A stretch of DNA of 64,000 nt, from NCBI GenBank assembly GCA_027023425.1, contig JALVVL010000017.1, forward strand, positions 12,942 through 76,941. Reading direction: 5' to 3'. Position numbers and translations under genes: made by a program. Shown one piece after another: positions 44,563 to 53,721 of this stretch. The notes beneath the pieces are model-generated. The model searched no databases. It was not told where the DNA came from and saw only the letters and a list, made by a program, of their open reading frames with translations. The stretch's first letter is position 1. Every line of letters starts with the position of its first letter. The stretch comes from Anaerolineales bacterium (GTDB lineage: Bacteria; Chloroflexota; Anaerolineae; Anaerolineales; DRMV01).

Positions 44563-46079
44563 CGGCGCCGCGCAAACCGCGCTTCACCTCAAAAACTGCC
44601 AGCGCGCTGGTTTTGAGCCTGCTGCTGGTTCTGGGGCTGTATGCGAGGTGCTTCATGTGCTGGACAAGCCCTCTGCCATTTGGGGATGGAGGGCTGTTTT
44701 TCAAAATGATTGAAGCGCTAATCAGACACAAATTTGCCCTGCCGGCTTATGTGAACTACAACGGCGAGGCAATCCCGTTTGCCTACCCGCCTTTTGGAAT
44801 TTACGCGGCGGCATTTCTGCACGCTCTTTTTGGGGGAAGTATCCTCGGCGTAATGAAAATTGTGCCTGCTGTGGTCAGCACATTTTCAATTTTGCCGGTT
44901 TACGGCATCGGCAAAGAAACCTTAGGCGAAAAGGAAGCGCTTTTGGCAGCAACCTTTTTTGCTTTTTACACTCCCGGCTACAACTGGGTAGTCATGGGTG
45001 GCGGCGTCACCCGCGCTTGGGGCTACTTTTGGGCGCTGATGGCTTTGTTTGCCTATTTTCGCTACAGGAACACCCGCAGCAATCACTGGCTACTGGCAAC
45101 TGGTGCTTTTGCAGGCTTGACGGGGCTATCGCACCCCGGCACGGTTTTTTGGCTGGCTTTGATGCTGGGCACCATCATGCTGGCCGATGCCACATTTCCC
45201 TTCCGTAAACGCATTGTGGTTTTGCTGGAAACCGGGGCTGTTGGCCTCCTCACACTTTCACCGTGGGCAGTTACGATAATTTCACGAAAACAAATGCCAG
45301 CGCTGTTGAATGCGCTCCACACTGGGCATTCAAATTGGTATGCAGGGGCTGTTGTGCTTTTCCCGTGGGGGATAAAACTCATACTGACGCCTTGGGTTGA
45401 TAGTTGGAGCGGCGCTTTTTCTTTGGTGGGGCTTTGGAACGAGAAATATCCTCAGCGGTGGTGGCTTGCGGGGGCGCTTTTGTTTACCTTTGTGGCGGCG
45501 CCGAGGGCGGCTACGCGATTCGCCGCTGTGTGGATCGCTCTACTCGCGGCTATCGGCACAGAATTGGCCCTGCGCTCCATCAAAAGCAAAAAAGCCGCTT
45601 TTGGATTGATCGTCGTTGTCGGGCTTTATCTCTCCCTTAGCGCCAGTATAGCCACTTTGAACCTTGCCCGGCTTTCTGTTTTGCCCCAACAAGTGGCGGG
45701 AATGGACTGGGCAAATCAACACTTAAAGACCGGAGCAAGCATTCTGGTGCTCCCGCAACGGGAAGGTTGGGGGAACAATTACCTTGGTGAGTGGATGCCA
45801 GCATTGACCAATTTCCGTGTGGCTTGCTTGCCGCAAGGTACGGAATGGACAGGAGAGTTTGAAAAGCGGGTACAAGCCGCCAAAACATTGTGGCAGGCTT
45901 CACGCGGCGGGGCAAAAGGTTTGCGCACGTGGCTGGAGCGCGCACCCTGCAAGCCGCAATTCGTGTGGCTGGCCGATTTGCCCGAGCAAGCGCTTTTAGT
46001 AAACTCGCTTGCTGATGACGAGCACTTTCACCTGCTCTATGCAGACAAACACAATGCCTTTTTCGCAATAGTCCACTGA
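44559..46079 (+). CDS. polytopic membrane protein, GT-C (ArnT/PMT-like) glycosyltransferase candidate
   Basis: 506 aa with about 10 or more hydrophobic helices in the first 370 aa and a soluble C-terminal domain. ATGA overlap with the upstream GNAT gene. Confidence 0.45.
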   Translation: MTAPRKPRFTSKTASALVLSLLLVLGLYARCFMCWTSPLPFGDGGLFFKMIEALIRHKFALPAYVNYNGEAIPFAYPPFGIYAAAFLHALFGGSILGVMKIVPAVVSTFSILPVYGIGKETLGEKEALLAATFFAFYTPGYNWVVMGGGVTRAWGYFWALMALFAYFRYRNTRSNHWLLATGAFAGLTGLSHPGTVFWLALMLGTIMLADATFPFRKRIVVLLETGAVGLLTLSPWAVTIISRKQMPALLNALHTGHSNWYAGAVVLFPWGIKLILTPWVDSWSGAFSLVGLWNEKYPQRWWLAGALLFTFVAAPRAATRFAAVWIALLAAIGTELALRSIKSKKAAFGLIVVVGLYLSLSASIATLNLARLSVLPQQVAGMDWANQHLKTGASILVLPQREGWGNNYLGEWMPALTNFRVACLPQGTEWTGEFEKRVQAAKTLWQASRGGAKGLRTWLERAPCKPQFVWLADLPEQALLVNSLADDEHFHLLYADKHNAFFAIVH

Positions 46080-46093
46080 AACCGGAGATACTG

Positions 46094-47212
46094 ATGCAAA
46101 TCAAGAGAGCGAGCATTTACCACATCCGCATGCCCCTGCAGCACCCGTTTGAGACTTCATTCGGGCGGATAACGCATCGCGAGGCTATCATTGTTGAAGC
46201 CGAGGATGAGCACGGCACAATCGGCTGGGGAGAATGCCCTGCCGACCACGACCCGGGCTTTTCGTGCGAAACCGCCATCACGGCTTGGCACATTCTAAGC
46301 GACTTCCTCGTTCCCGCGGCTATGAAGTCGCCCTTAGAGGATGAAAACCCCGCCGTGGACTTCCAACGGCGCGTCGCCGCGGTGCGCGGCCATCAAATGG
46401 CTAAAGCCGGTCTGGAAATGGCGCTTTGGGATTTGCTGGGCAAGCGCACAGGCAGTTCACTCCAATCCATGCTCGGCGGCAAAGCGCAATCCGTGCCGGT
46501 TGGCGTTTCAATTGGCCTACAGGAAAACACTGATGCCCTCCTCAGGCGGGTTGAAAATTTCATCAAGCAGGGCTACCGCCGCATCAAACTCAAAATCAAG
46601 CCCGGCAACGACGTGCAACTCGTCGCCGCGGTGCGCCGCGCTTTCCCTGAAATCCCCTTGCAGGTTGACGCCAACAGCGCCTACACGCTTGAAACTGCCA
46701 ATGCGCTCAGGTCATTGGATGATTTCAACCTGCTTTTGATTGAACAGCCGCTCGCCGAGGATGATTTGTGGGACCATCACACCCTCCAAGCCCAACTCCG
46801 CACGCCGATTTGCCTTGATGAAAGCATCAAATCGCCGCGTCACGCCCGTCAGGCGTTGGAAATGGACGCAGCGCGCGTCATCAACATCAAACAAGCGCGC
46901 GTCGGCGGGCTGTTGAACGCCCTCGCCATCCACGACTTGTGCTATCATCAAAACATCCCCGTTTGGTGCGGCGGAATGCTGGAAACCGGCATTGGGCGCG
47001 CCGCCAACCTCGCGCTGGCTTCGCTCCCTAACTTCCGCCTGCCCGGCGACATTTCCGCGACCGACCGCTACTATGACCGCGACATCACCCGCGAGCGCTT
47101 TACCCTCAACCCCGACGGCACAATCACCGTGCCCACTGGTGCGGGATTGGGAGTAACGGTTGACCGCGCCGCCCTCGCGGCGTATACGCTCGCAGCGCGA
47201 ACCATTGCCTAA
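46094..47212 (+). CDS. enolase-superfamily o-succinylbenzoate synthase / N-acylamino-acid racemase family protein
   Basis: N-terminal capping-domain pattern (IYHIRMPLQHPFETSFG...GWGEC). Barrel motifs KLKI, QVDAN, IEQPL and LDES (metal ligands D/E/D). Confidence 0.8.
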   Translation: MQIKRASIYHIRMPLQHPFETSFGRITHREAIIVEAEDEHGTIGWGECPADHDPGFSCETAITAWHILSDFLVPAAMKSPLEDENPAVDFQRRVAAVRGHQMAKAGLEMALWDLLGKRTGSSLQSMLGGKAQSVPVGVSIGLQENTDALLRRVENFIKQGYRRIKLKIKPGNDVQLVAAVRRAFPEIPLQVDANSAYTLETANALRSLDDFNLLLIEQPLAEDDLWDHHTLQAQLRTPICLDESIKSPRHARQALEMDAARVINIKQARVGGLLNALAIHDLCYHQNIPVWCGGMLETGIGRAANLALASLPNFRLPGDISATDRYYDRDITRERFTLNPDGTITVPTGAGLGVTVDRAALAAYTLAARTIA

Positions 47213-47251
47213 TCTGCGCAATCTGCGGTTTAAATCCCTGCGGAGGGAAAA

Positions 47252-47893
47252 ATGCCCACAATTTACGACGTCTCGGTTCCAGTTCAGCCCGGCAAAACGC
47301 CGATTTGGCCCGGCGACCCCGCCTTCCGGATGGAACGCTTTTTGAAAATGGAAGACGGTGAGCCTGCCAACGTCACCAAGTTCTCAGGATGCGTCCACCT
47401 CGGCACGCACGTTGACGCGCCTTATCATTTCATCCCTGACGGGGCAACGGTGGAAAGCCTGCCATTGGATGCTTTGGTGGGGGAAGCCTACGTGCTGGAT
47501 TTCACCAATTTGACAGGGCACATAACCGCTGAGGCGCTGAAAGCCGCCAACATACCCGAAGGTGCGACCCGTCTGCTGTTCAAAACGCGCAATTCCCAAT
47601 GGTGGGTAAATGGAGATCCCGAATTTCACCGCGAGTTTACCGCCCTCACCGCCGACGGCGCGGAATACCTTGTCCGCCGCGGCATACGCCTTGTGGGCAA
47701 CGATTACCTTTCCATCGCGCCATACGACGACCCCGGCCCAACCCACCGCATTCTGCTGAAAGCAGGCGTGGTTGTGATTGAAACTTTAGACCTTTCGGCT
47801 GTGCCTGCGGGGCGTTACACCCTCTATTGCCTGCCGCTAAAACTCGTGGGGAGCGAGGGAGCGCCCGCGCGCACCATCCTCATTGCCGAATAG
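47252..47893 (+). CDS. cyclase-family amidohydrolase (kynurenine-formamidase-like)
   Basis: Metal motif HLGTHVDAPYHF, 213 aa, ggaggg RBS. Confidence 0.8.
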   Translation: MPTIYDVSVPVQPGKTPIWPGDPAFRMERFLKMEDGEPANVTKFSGCVHLGTHVDAPYHFIPDGATVESLPLDALVGEAYVLDFTNLTGHITAEALKAANIPEGATRLLFKTRNSQWWVNGDPEFHREFTALTADGAEYLVRRGIRLVGNDYLSIAPYDDPGPTHRILLKAGVVVIETLDLSAVPAGRYTLYCLPLKLVGSEGAPARTILIAE

Positions 47894-47903
47894 CGCCAAA
47901 CCG

Positions 47904-48746
47904 ATGCCCACCCTTTACCTCGTCGCCACGCCGATAGGCAATTTGGAAGACATCACCCTGCGCGCCTTGCGGATTTTGCGCGAAGTTCCCACCATCGCGG
48001 CAGAAGACACCCGCCGCACGCGCCAACTGCTTTCCCATTACGGCATTTCCAAGCATCTCATCAGTTACCACGAACACAACAAACGCCAACGCGAGGCGCT
48101 CTTGCTGGAAAAACTCGCCGAGGGCGATGTGGCGCTGGTTTCCGATGCTGGCACGCCGCTCATCAACGACCCGGGGGCAGAATTGGTGCGCGCCGCCCTC
48201 GCCGCGGGGCACCGCGTTGTGCCCATCCCCGGCGCGAGCGCGCCCATAGCGGCGCTGATTGCCTCTGGATTGCCCGCTGATGCTTTTCTTTACCTTGGAT
48301 ACCTGCCGCGCAAAAGCAAAGAGCGCCGCGCTGTGCTCCAATCCGTTGCCGAATTGCCCTACACGCTAATCTTTTTGGAAACACCGCACCGCCTTACCGC
48401 CGCCCTTGCCGACCTCGCCGCCGTGCTCGGCGCGGAGCGCCCAATTGCCGTTGCCCGCGAACTCACCAAACAGCACGAGGAAATCCTGCGCGGCACAATC
48501 GGCGAAATGGTCGCGCACTTTGCTGAAACTGAGCCGCGCGGCGAATTTACGCTTGTGGTCGGCGGCGCGCCGGCGGAAAGCAAAACTTGGAGCGCCGAGC
48601 AAGTGGAAACCGCGATTGCAGAAGGGCTAAAGGCAGGCGAAAGCCCATCCTCATTGGCGCGCCGCATCGCCGCTCAAAGTGGCTGGCGGCGCAATCGGGT
48701 GTATGAAAAAATTTTGCAAAGCCAATCTTCCAATTCAAAGCCTTGA
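47904..48746 (+). CDS. rsmI: 16S rRNA (cytidine1402-2'-O)-methyltransferase RsmI
   Basis: N-terminus TLYLVATPIGNLEDITLRALRIL, plus SDAGTPLINDPG. ATG 47904; the track start at 47883 is a TTG. Confidence 0.88.
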   Translation: MPTLYLVATPIGNLEDITLRALRILREVPTIAAEDTRRTRQLLSHYGISKHLISYHEHNKRQREALLLEKLAEGDVALVSDAGTPLINDPGAELVRAALAAGHRVVPIPGASAPIAALIASGLPADAFLYLGYLPRKSKERRAVLQSVAELPYTLIFLETPHRLTAALADLAAVLGAERPIAVARELTKQHEEILRGTIGEMVAHFAETEPRGEFTLVVGGAPAESKTWSAEQVETAIAEGLKAGESPSSLARRIAAQSGWRRNRVYEKILQSQSSNSKP

Positions 48747-48756
48747 GGAGAAAACC

Positions 48757-51159
48757 ATGTCCTTCATACACACCTTGCTTACCCCTCCCCTGAAGTTTGT
48801 CTTGAGGCGCTTGAGCAAAAAACGATTGCCACCGGCTGAAGGGGAATTTGTCTTTGACGGTTTGCACGGCAGGGTGGAAATCATCCGTGACCGGTGGGGC
48901 GTGCCGCACATTTACGCTGATAACGCCGCTGATGGATTTTTCGGTCAAGGTTTTATGCATGCCCGTGATCGCTTGTTTCAAATGGAAGTGGCGCGCAGGC
49001 TGGCAAAGGGCACTTTAAGCGAAATTTTTGGTGAAATGGCGCTGGAAACGGACAAAATGGTGCGTACCTTTGGCTTTTTACGCCTTGCTCGTGAGGATTT
49101 GGAGCACATAAGCGATGAATTGGCCGAGGTTGTGCAGGCTTATGCGGCCGGTGTAAACGCTTTTATCAACCGGATGAAGCCTTATTACGAAATCAGTTTT
49201 TCGCTTTTGCGGCTTGAGCCTGAAGAATGGAAGGCGGAGGATACGCTTGCCATCATGCGTTTGATGGTTTGGGAACTTTCGCATGGCTGGCAAGGCGAAT
49301 TAGTGCGGGCTGAACTGGCTGAGGCGGTTGGCGAAGAGCACGCTGCTGATTGGGAAATTCACTATCCAGAAAACAACCCTCTTACTTTGCCTGACGGCAT
49401 AGAGTTCAACAGGCTGGACCCTGATGGCAAACTGCATCGCGCCCGCGGCCCTTTCCTTGTACGCAATCAAGGGAGCAACACATGGGTAATTTCCGCTGAA
49501 CGCAGTGCCACCGGTGGCGTGGTGCTGGCAAACGATATGCACCTGAAAATAGGTCTCCCGGGGGTCTGGTATGAAAACCACTTGATTACCAGCACGATGA
49601 AGGTGACTGGGGTCAGCATCCCCGGTTTGCCAACTGTGCAAGTTGGGCACAATGAGCGCATTGCTTGGGGAATGACTTTGGCATATACCGACGCTGAAGA
49701 TTTGTTTGTGGAACGGTTTGATCCTAAAAATCCCACGCGCTATCTTTACAAAGGCGAATGGCGCGAGGCAACTGTAGTGGAAGAAAAGATACCGGTCAAG
49801 GGAAAGGCCGAGCCGGTCACCGAAACGGTGCTCATCACGCATCACGGCCCGGTAATTTCGCCTGTTCTGGATTACGGCCCCGAAATGCGAAAAACGGCAG
49901 AATTCGTGGAGCGGTTGGCCGTGCAATCTATGGCGCTTCGGCCAGCGGAAATAATTCGTGGTTGGTGGGCGCTCAACAAGGCCGCCAATTGGGATGATTT
50001 TGTGGAGGCAATGCGCTGGATTTCCGCACCGCAACTTTCAGTGAGTTACGCCGATGTGGACGGCAATATCGGTTATTGGATGAGCGGCGCAGTCCCCATC
50101 CGTGCCAAGGGCGATGGCAGAGTGCCTGTGCCGGGGTGGACGGGGGAATATGAATGGGTTGGCGAAGTGCCGTTTGAGGAAATGCCGCACGCGCTAAACC
50201 CCGAACGCGGTTACATCATCAACACTAACAATAAAGTGGTCGGGGATGACTATCCTTACTACCTTGGCAACATTTGGATGAACGGTTACCGTTCTCGGCG
50301 GTTGGAACAGTACATAAACGCCAAACAAAAATTGACCTTGGATGACCACGCTGCCATGCAAGTGGATGTCAGGTCGCTGCCGGGGGAAGAATTTGTGGAA
50401 GCCATTGCCGATTTCCAAAGCGACGACCCGGAGGTTGCCCTTGCCCTGCGTTTGCTCCGTGAATGGGATTTCAACCTCACCCCCGATTCTGTTGGCGGGG
50501 CAGTGTACGAAGTGGTGCGCTACACTTTGGTGCGCAATTTGCTCCTTCCGTCTGTGGATGAGGAATTGGCGTATCGGATTATGGGCAAAGGCTTTCACCC
50601 GCTTATGCTTTACACCTCGGAATTTTACGGGTATGACACGGTAAGCCTGTTGCGGTTTCTGCGCTCGCCCCAAAATTGGTGGGTGGAGCGCGCAGGTGGT
50701 TATCAGCAGTGGCTTGAAGAGAGTTTCAAAGAGGCTATAATTTGGCTATACGAAAACTATGGCGATAGACCCAATAAGTGGAAATGGGGCGACTTGCACA
50801 AACTCCCCCTTGTGCATTTGATAGGGGCTCAACCGCCGCTGAACAAAATTTTCAACCTGCCTCCGCTACGAATCGGCGGCGACCCAGACACCCCCTGCCA
50901 AACCGGCATTGTGCCCGATGCACCTTACGAGGCGACAAGTTTTGCTCCTTCGCACCGAAGCATTGTGGATTTGAAGGATTGGGACAACTCGCGATTGGTG
51001 ATTTTGGCCGGGCAATCAGGTAGGATTGCCAGCCCGCACTATGCGGATATGGTGCCTTTGTGGTACGGAAAACGCCATCATCCCATGCTTTGGTCGCGCG
51101 AGGCGGTTGAAGCGCACAGCGAGGGCAGAATCATTTTGAAGCCAAATCAGGAACCATAG
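48757..51159 (+). CDS. penicillin/AHL acylase family Ntn-hydrolase (peptidase S45)
   Basis: A pro-peptide junction is followed by GSNTWVISA, carrying the beta-subunit N-terminal Ser nucleophile. About 800 aa. gaggag RBS before ATG 48757. Confidence 0.85.
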   Translation: MSFIHTLLTPPLKFVLRRLSKKRLPPAEGEFVFDGLHGRVEIIRDRWGVPHIYADNAADGFFGQGFMHARDRLFQMEVARRLAKGTLSEIFGEMALETDKMVRTFGFLRLAREDLEHISDELAEVVQAYAAGVNAFINRMKPYYEISFSLLRLEPEEWKAEDTLAIMRLMVWELSHGWQGELVRAELAEAVGEEHAADWEIHYPENNPLTLPDGIEFNRLDPDGKLHRARGPFLVRNQGSNTWVISAERSATGGVVLANDMHLKIGLPGVWYENHLITSTMKVTGVSIPGLPTVQVGHNERIAWGMTLAYTDAEDLFVERFDPKNPTRYLYKGEWREATVVEEKIPVKGKAEPVTETVLITHHGPVISPVLDYGPEMRKTAEFVERLAVQSMALRPAEIIRGWWALNKAANWDDFVEAMRWISAPQLSVSYADVDGNIGYWMSGAVPIRAKGDGRVPVPGWTGEYEWVGEVPFEEMPHALNPERGYIINTNNKVVGDDYPYYLGNIWMNGYRSRRLEQYINAKQKLTLDDHAAMQVDVRSLPGEEFVEAIADFQSDDPEVALALRLLREWDFNLTPDSVGGAVYEVVRYTLVRNLLLPSVDEELAYRIMGKGFHPLMLYTSEFYGYDTVSLLRFLRSPQNWWVERAGGYQQWLEESFKEAIIWLYENYGDRPNKWKWGDLHKLPLVHLIGAQPPLNKIFNLPPLRIGGDPDTPCQTGIVPDAPYEATSFAPSHRSIVDLKDWDNSRLVILAGQSGRIASPHYADMVPLWYGKRHHPMLWSREAVEAHSEGRIILKPNQEP

Positions 51160-51171
51160 CAGGGACTTGTT

Positions 51172-51774
51172 ATGTCGCTCGTCAAAAAACTTTTCGCGAA
51201 AACGCCAATGGCGCGTTCAACGCGCGCTTACGAATTTGGTTTGGCGCGCCTGCCGCAACTTCCCACCGGTGGAGTATTGGAAATAGGCACAGGGCAGGGC
51301 TATGGCGCGGCGTTTTTGAGCCGCGCTTTCCCGGAACGGCAGGTTATCGCGATTGACATCACCTACGGATGCTTCAAGCCTGACCGGTTGGAATTTGGAG
51401 CGCACCGGCCTTGGTTTGTGCAAGCAAGCGCGCCTTACTTGCCCTTTGCGGATGGTGTGTTTGCCTTGGCAACGGCAATTATGACCTTTCACTGCTTGCC
51501 GGAGCCGCAACGGGTGTTTGGCGAAGTCTTCCGCGTGTTGAAAAAAGGCGGCGTGTTCTTGATGGCCGATGTGGATGGCAATCACCGCATCGCACCGTGG
51601 TTTGAGCGGGTGGAACACTGGGGCGGCATCAGCCCTATCACCCGCGCCTACCCACCTGCGGAAATTGAGAAACTGGGCGCAGAGGCAGGTTTCCCACCCC
51701 CGCGAACCTTTCGCCGCAAGCCGCGGGGCTTTATGATTTGGTATATTTTTCAAAAACAAAAAAGCCCTTTGTAG
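51172..51774 (+). CDS. class I SAM-dependent methyltransferase
   Basis: Motif I VLEIGTGQGYGA, and post-I and post-II acidic residues. Confidence 0.7.
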   Translation: MSLVKKLFAKTPMARSTRAYEFGLARLPQLPTGGVLEIGTGQGYGAAFLSRAFPERQVIAIDITYGCFKPDRLEFGAHRPWFVQASAPYLPFADGVFALATAIMTFHCLPEPQRVFGEVFRVLKKGGVFLMADVDGNHRIAPWFERVEHWGGISPITRAYPPAEIEKLGAEAGFPPPRTFRRKPRGFMIWYIFQKQKSPL

Positions 51775-52250
51775 GGTAACGCAGAGGCGCAGAGTAGGGG
51801 CGAGGCATCGCCTCGCCCAGAGGCGCAAAGAGAAAACCACAGATTACACAGATTAGCACAGATTTTTGCTGTGTTCTCTGCAAATTTCTGTGTCCTCTGT
51901 GGTTTCTCCTTCAATCGGTGTAAATCTGTGTCAATCGGTGGATGAGAACGCAAAGGACGCCAAGGGTAACGCAAAGACGCAGAGGAAACAAAGAGCACAA
52001 AGAGAAAACCGCAGATTACACAGATTAGCACAGATTTTTGCTGTGTTCTCTGCAAATTTCTGTGTCCTCTGTGGTTTCTCCTTCAATCGGTGAAAATCTG
52101 TGTCAATCTGTGGATAAGAAACCACAGATTACACAGATTAGCACAGATTTTTCTGTGTTCTCTGTAAATTTCTGTGTCCTCTGTGGTTTCTCCTTCAATC
52201 GGTGTAAATCTGTGTCAATCGGTGGATGGTGACGCTAAGGATGCCAAGGA
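51775..52250. repeat. family-C modular repeat array: three ~110-bp self-complementary units plus flanking acgcagagg / gccaagg modules
   Basis: Units lie at 51834-51943, 52006-52115 and 52119-52227. Each has the form aaaccRcagattacacagattagcacagattttt..ctgtgttctctg.aaatttctgtgtcctctgtggtttctccttcaatcggtg.aaatctgtgtcaatc.gtggat. Confidence 0.85.
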
Positions 52251-52258
52251 GCAAAAAC

Positions 52259-52747
52259 ATGGATGACTATCGCAAAATCCCCCTACGGGCAAATAAGCAT
52301 ATTGGCTTAGTGGCGCATGATGGCAGGAAGCGCGACCTGTTGGAATGGGTCATTTTCAACAAGGGCACGTTGAGCCAGCACCGTCTTTATGCTACGGGTA
52401 CAACCGGCGCGCTGATTCACCGCGAAACCGGTTTGGAAGTAACCCGCTTGCGTAGTGGCCCTTTTGGCGGCGATCAGCAAATGGGGGCGCTGATAGCAGA
52501 AGGTGAAATTGATATTTTGGTGTTCTTTTGGGACCCATTGGAGCCTCAGCCGCACGATCCGGATGTGAAAGCATTGTTGCGGATAGCAGTGCTGTACAAC
52601 ATCCCTACCGCTTCTAACCGCTCCACTGCGGATTTCTTGATTTCTTCGCCGCTTTTTTCAGAGCCGTATACGCGCTTGATCCCCAACTATGACGCGCGCA
52701 TTAAGCGGCCATCGTTTCTTGTTGGGTTGCTTGGGAATGATCATTGA
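52259..52747 (+). CDS. mgsA: methylglyoxal synthase
   Basis: Motifs [22 protein letters not shown] and [11 protein letters not shown] 52259; the track start at 52226 lies in repeat DNA. Confidence 0.88.
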   Translation: MDDYRKIPLRANKHIGLVAHDGRKRDLLEWVIFNKGTLSQHRLYATGTTGALIHRETGLEVTRLRSGPFGGDQQMGALIAEGEIDILVFFWDPLEPQPHDPDVKALLRIAVLYNIPTASNRSTADFLISSPLFSEPYTRLIPNYDARIKRPSFLVGLLGNDH

Positions 52748-52749
52748 CA

Positions 52750-52882
52750 GGAGTTACGCAGTTTGCCTGCTTTGTGTCACCGCTTCGGCGGTCTCCTCTA
52801 TTGTTTGGGAGATGGCTTCGCCACCTACGGCGGCTCGCCATGACGCGAAAACGAGCATTTCTACGAGCAACTGCGTAAGTTC
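52750..52882. repeat. family-B repeat, second copy
   Basis: ggagttacgcag...gtcaccgc...gatggcttcgcc...gcggctcgccatga...gaaaacgagca...ctgcgtaagttc. Same orientation as 30364-30510. Confidence 0.75.
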
Positions 52883-53154
52883 TAAGTGGCAGTGTAAGTT
52901 CTAAGTGGTAATTGATGTGAGGAGTTTGAGAGGATTTGCAGTAAAATGGCTATACGAAATGGCGCTGAGGAGCATGCCAGCATAGCCATCTAAAGCACTT
53001 CAACCATCTCCTTTTTCTATGAATCGCACCCAAATAATTACCACCAAAACACAAATTTTGCTCCACAATTCGCCCAAAGGGATACCCAAATCCGAAAAAC
53101 TGGATTACAATAAATTTGCTCATAAGCACTGATTCTCTAACATGGAGGTAAACC

Positions 53155-53571
53155 ATGGCATACGTAATCACTGCTCTCTGTCTGCGCGACGGCGCATGCA
53201 CCGAGGTCTGTCCGGTGGAAGCCATTGTCCCCGGTAAGCCGGTGGAAGAATGGCCTCTCTACTACATTGATCCCGACACCTGCATTGACTGCGGCGCGTG
53301 CGTGCCCGAATGCCCCTTGGAAGCGATCTTCCCCGAAGACGAAGTGCCTTCCGACTATGAAGCCAAAGGCGGCGAACGCCTCAACATGCCCAAGGGTACC
53401 GAAGGCTTTGATGAGGTTTACGACGGCACCGACCACAACGGCAACCCCGTACACCTTGAGGCCACCCGCACCCTTGAGGCCGGGGAAATCGTTGACCTCA
53501 CCCCCGCTATTGAATGGAACCGCGCATTCTTTGAAGAAGGGCCGGGCTACAGCGCCCTTGAAGAAGACTAA
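53155..53571 (+). CDS. ferredoxin (3Fe-4S + 4Fe-4S type) with C-terminal extension
   Basis: Cluster motifs CLRDGACTEVCP and CIDCGACVPECP. ggagg RBS. Confidence 0.85.
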   Translation: MAYVITALCLRDGACTEVCPVEAIVPGKPVEEWPLYYIDPDTCIDCGACVPECPLEAIFPEDEVPSDYEAKGGERLNMPKGTEGFDEVYDGTDHNGNPVHLEATRTLEAGEIVDLTPAIEWNRAFFEEGPGYSALEED

Positions 53572-53594
53572 GCACAACAACTGTGCTAAAATTT

Positions 53595-53619
53595 GGGCGG
53601 TCGCAAGGCCGCCCGTTTT
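53595..53619 (+). terminator. rho-independent terminator after ferredoxin gene
   Basis: gggcggtc / gcaa / ggccgccc (8-bp stem with one G-U pair and a GCAA loop), followed by gtttt. Confidence 0.55.
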
Positions 53620-53661
53620 GCTTTAAAGGGCGAATCGCGGTTTAGGAATTGCGGTTTACTA

Positions 53662-53715
53662 CACTGGAACACCTGACACCGGCACACCTGACACTGGAAC
53701 ACCCAACACCGGACA
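53662..53715. repeat. short-period repeat (cacctgacac / cactggaac units)
   Basis: Same motif class as 26224-26308. It ends 6 nt before the mutL ATG. Confidence 0.6.
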
Positions 53716-53721
53716 TCCCCC

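Noticed and set aside
46094-47212. Assignment as menaquinone-pathway MenC
   Set aside because: No other men genes are in the window, and the neighbours are acyltransferase and amide hydrolases. The function cannot be decided from sequence alone, so only the family-level OSBS/NSAR call is given.
51775-52250. Repeat array considered as a CRISPR locus
   Set aside because: The units are ~110 bp and internally self-complementary. Only three copies exist. One gap is 3 nt, and the other (62 nt) is itself made of recurring repeat modules. No cas genes are in the window.
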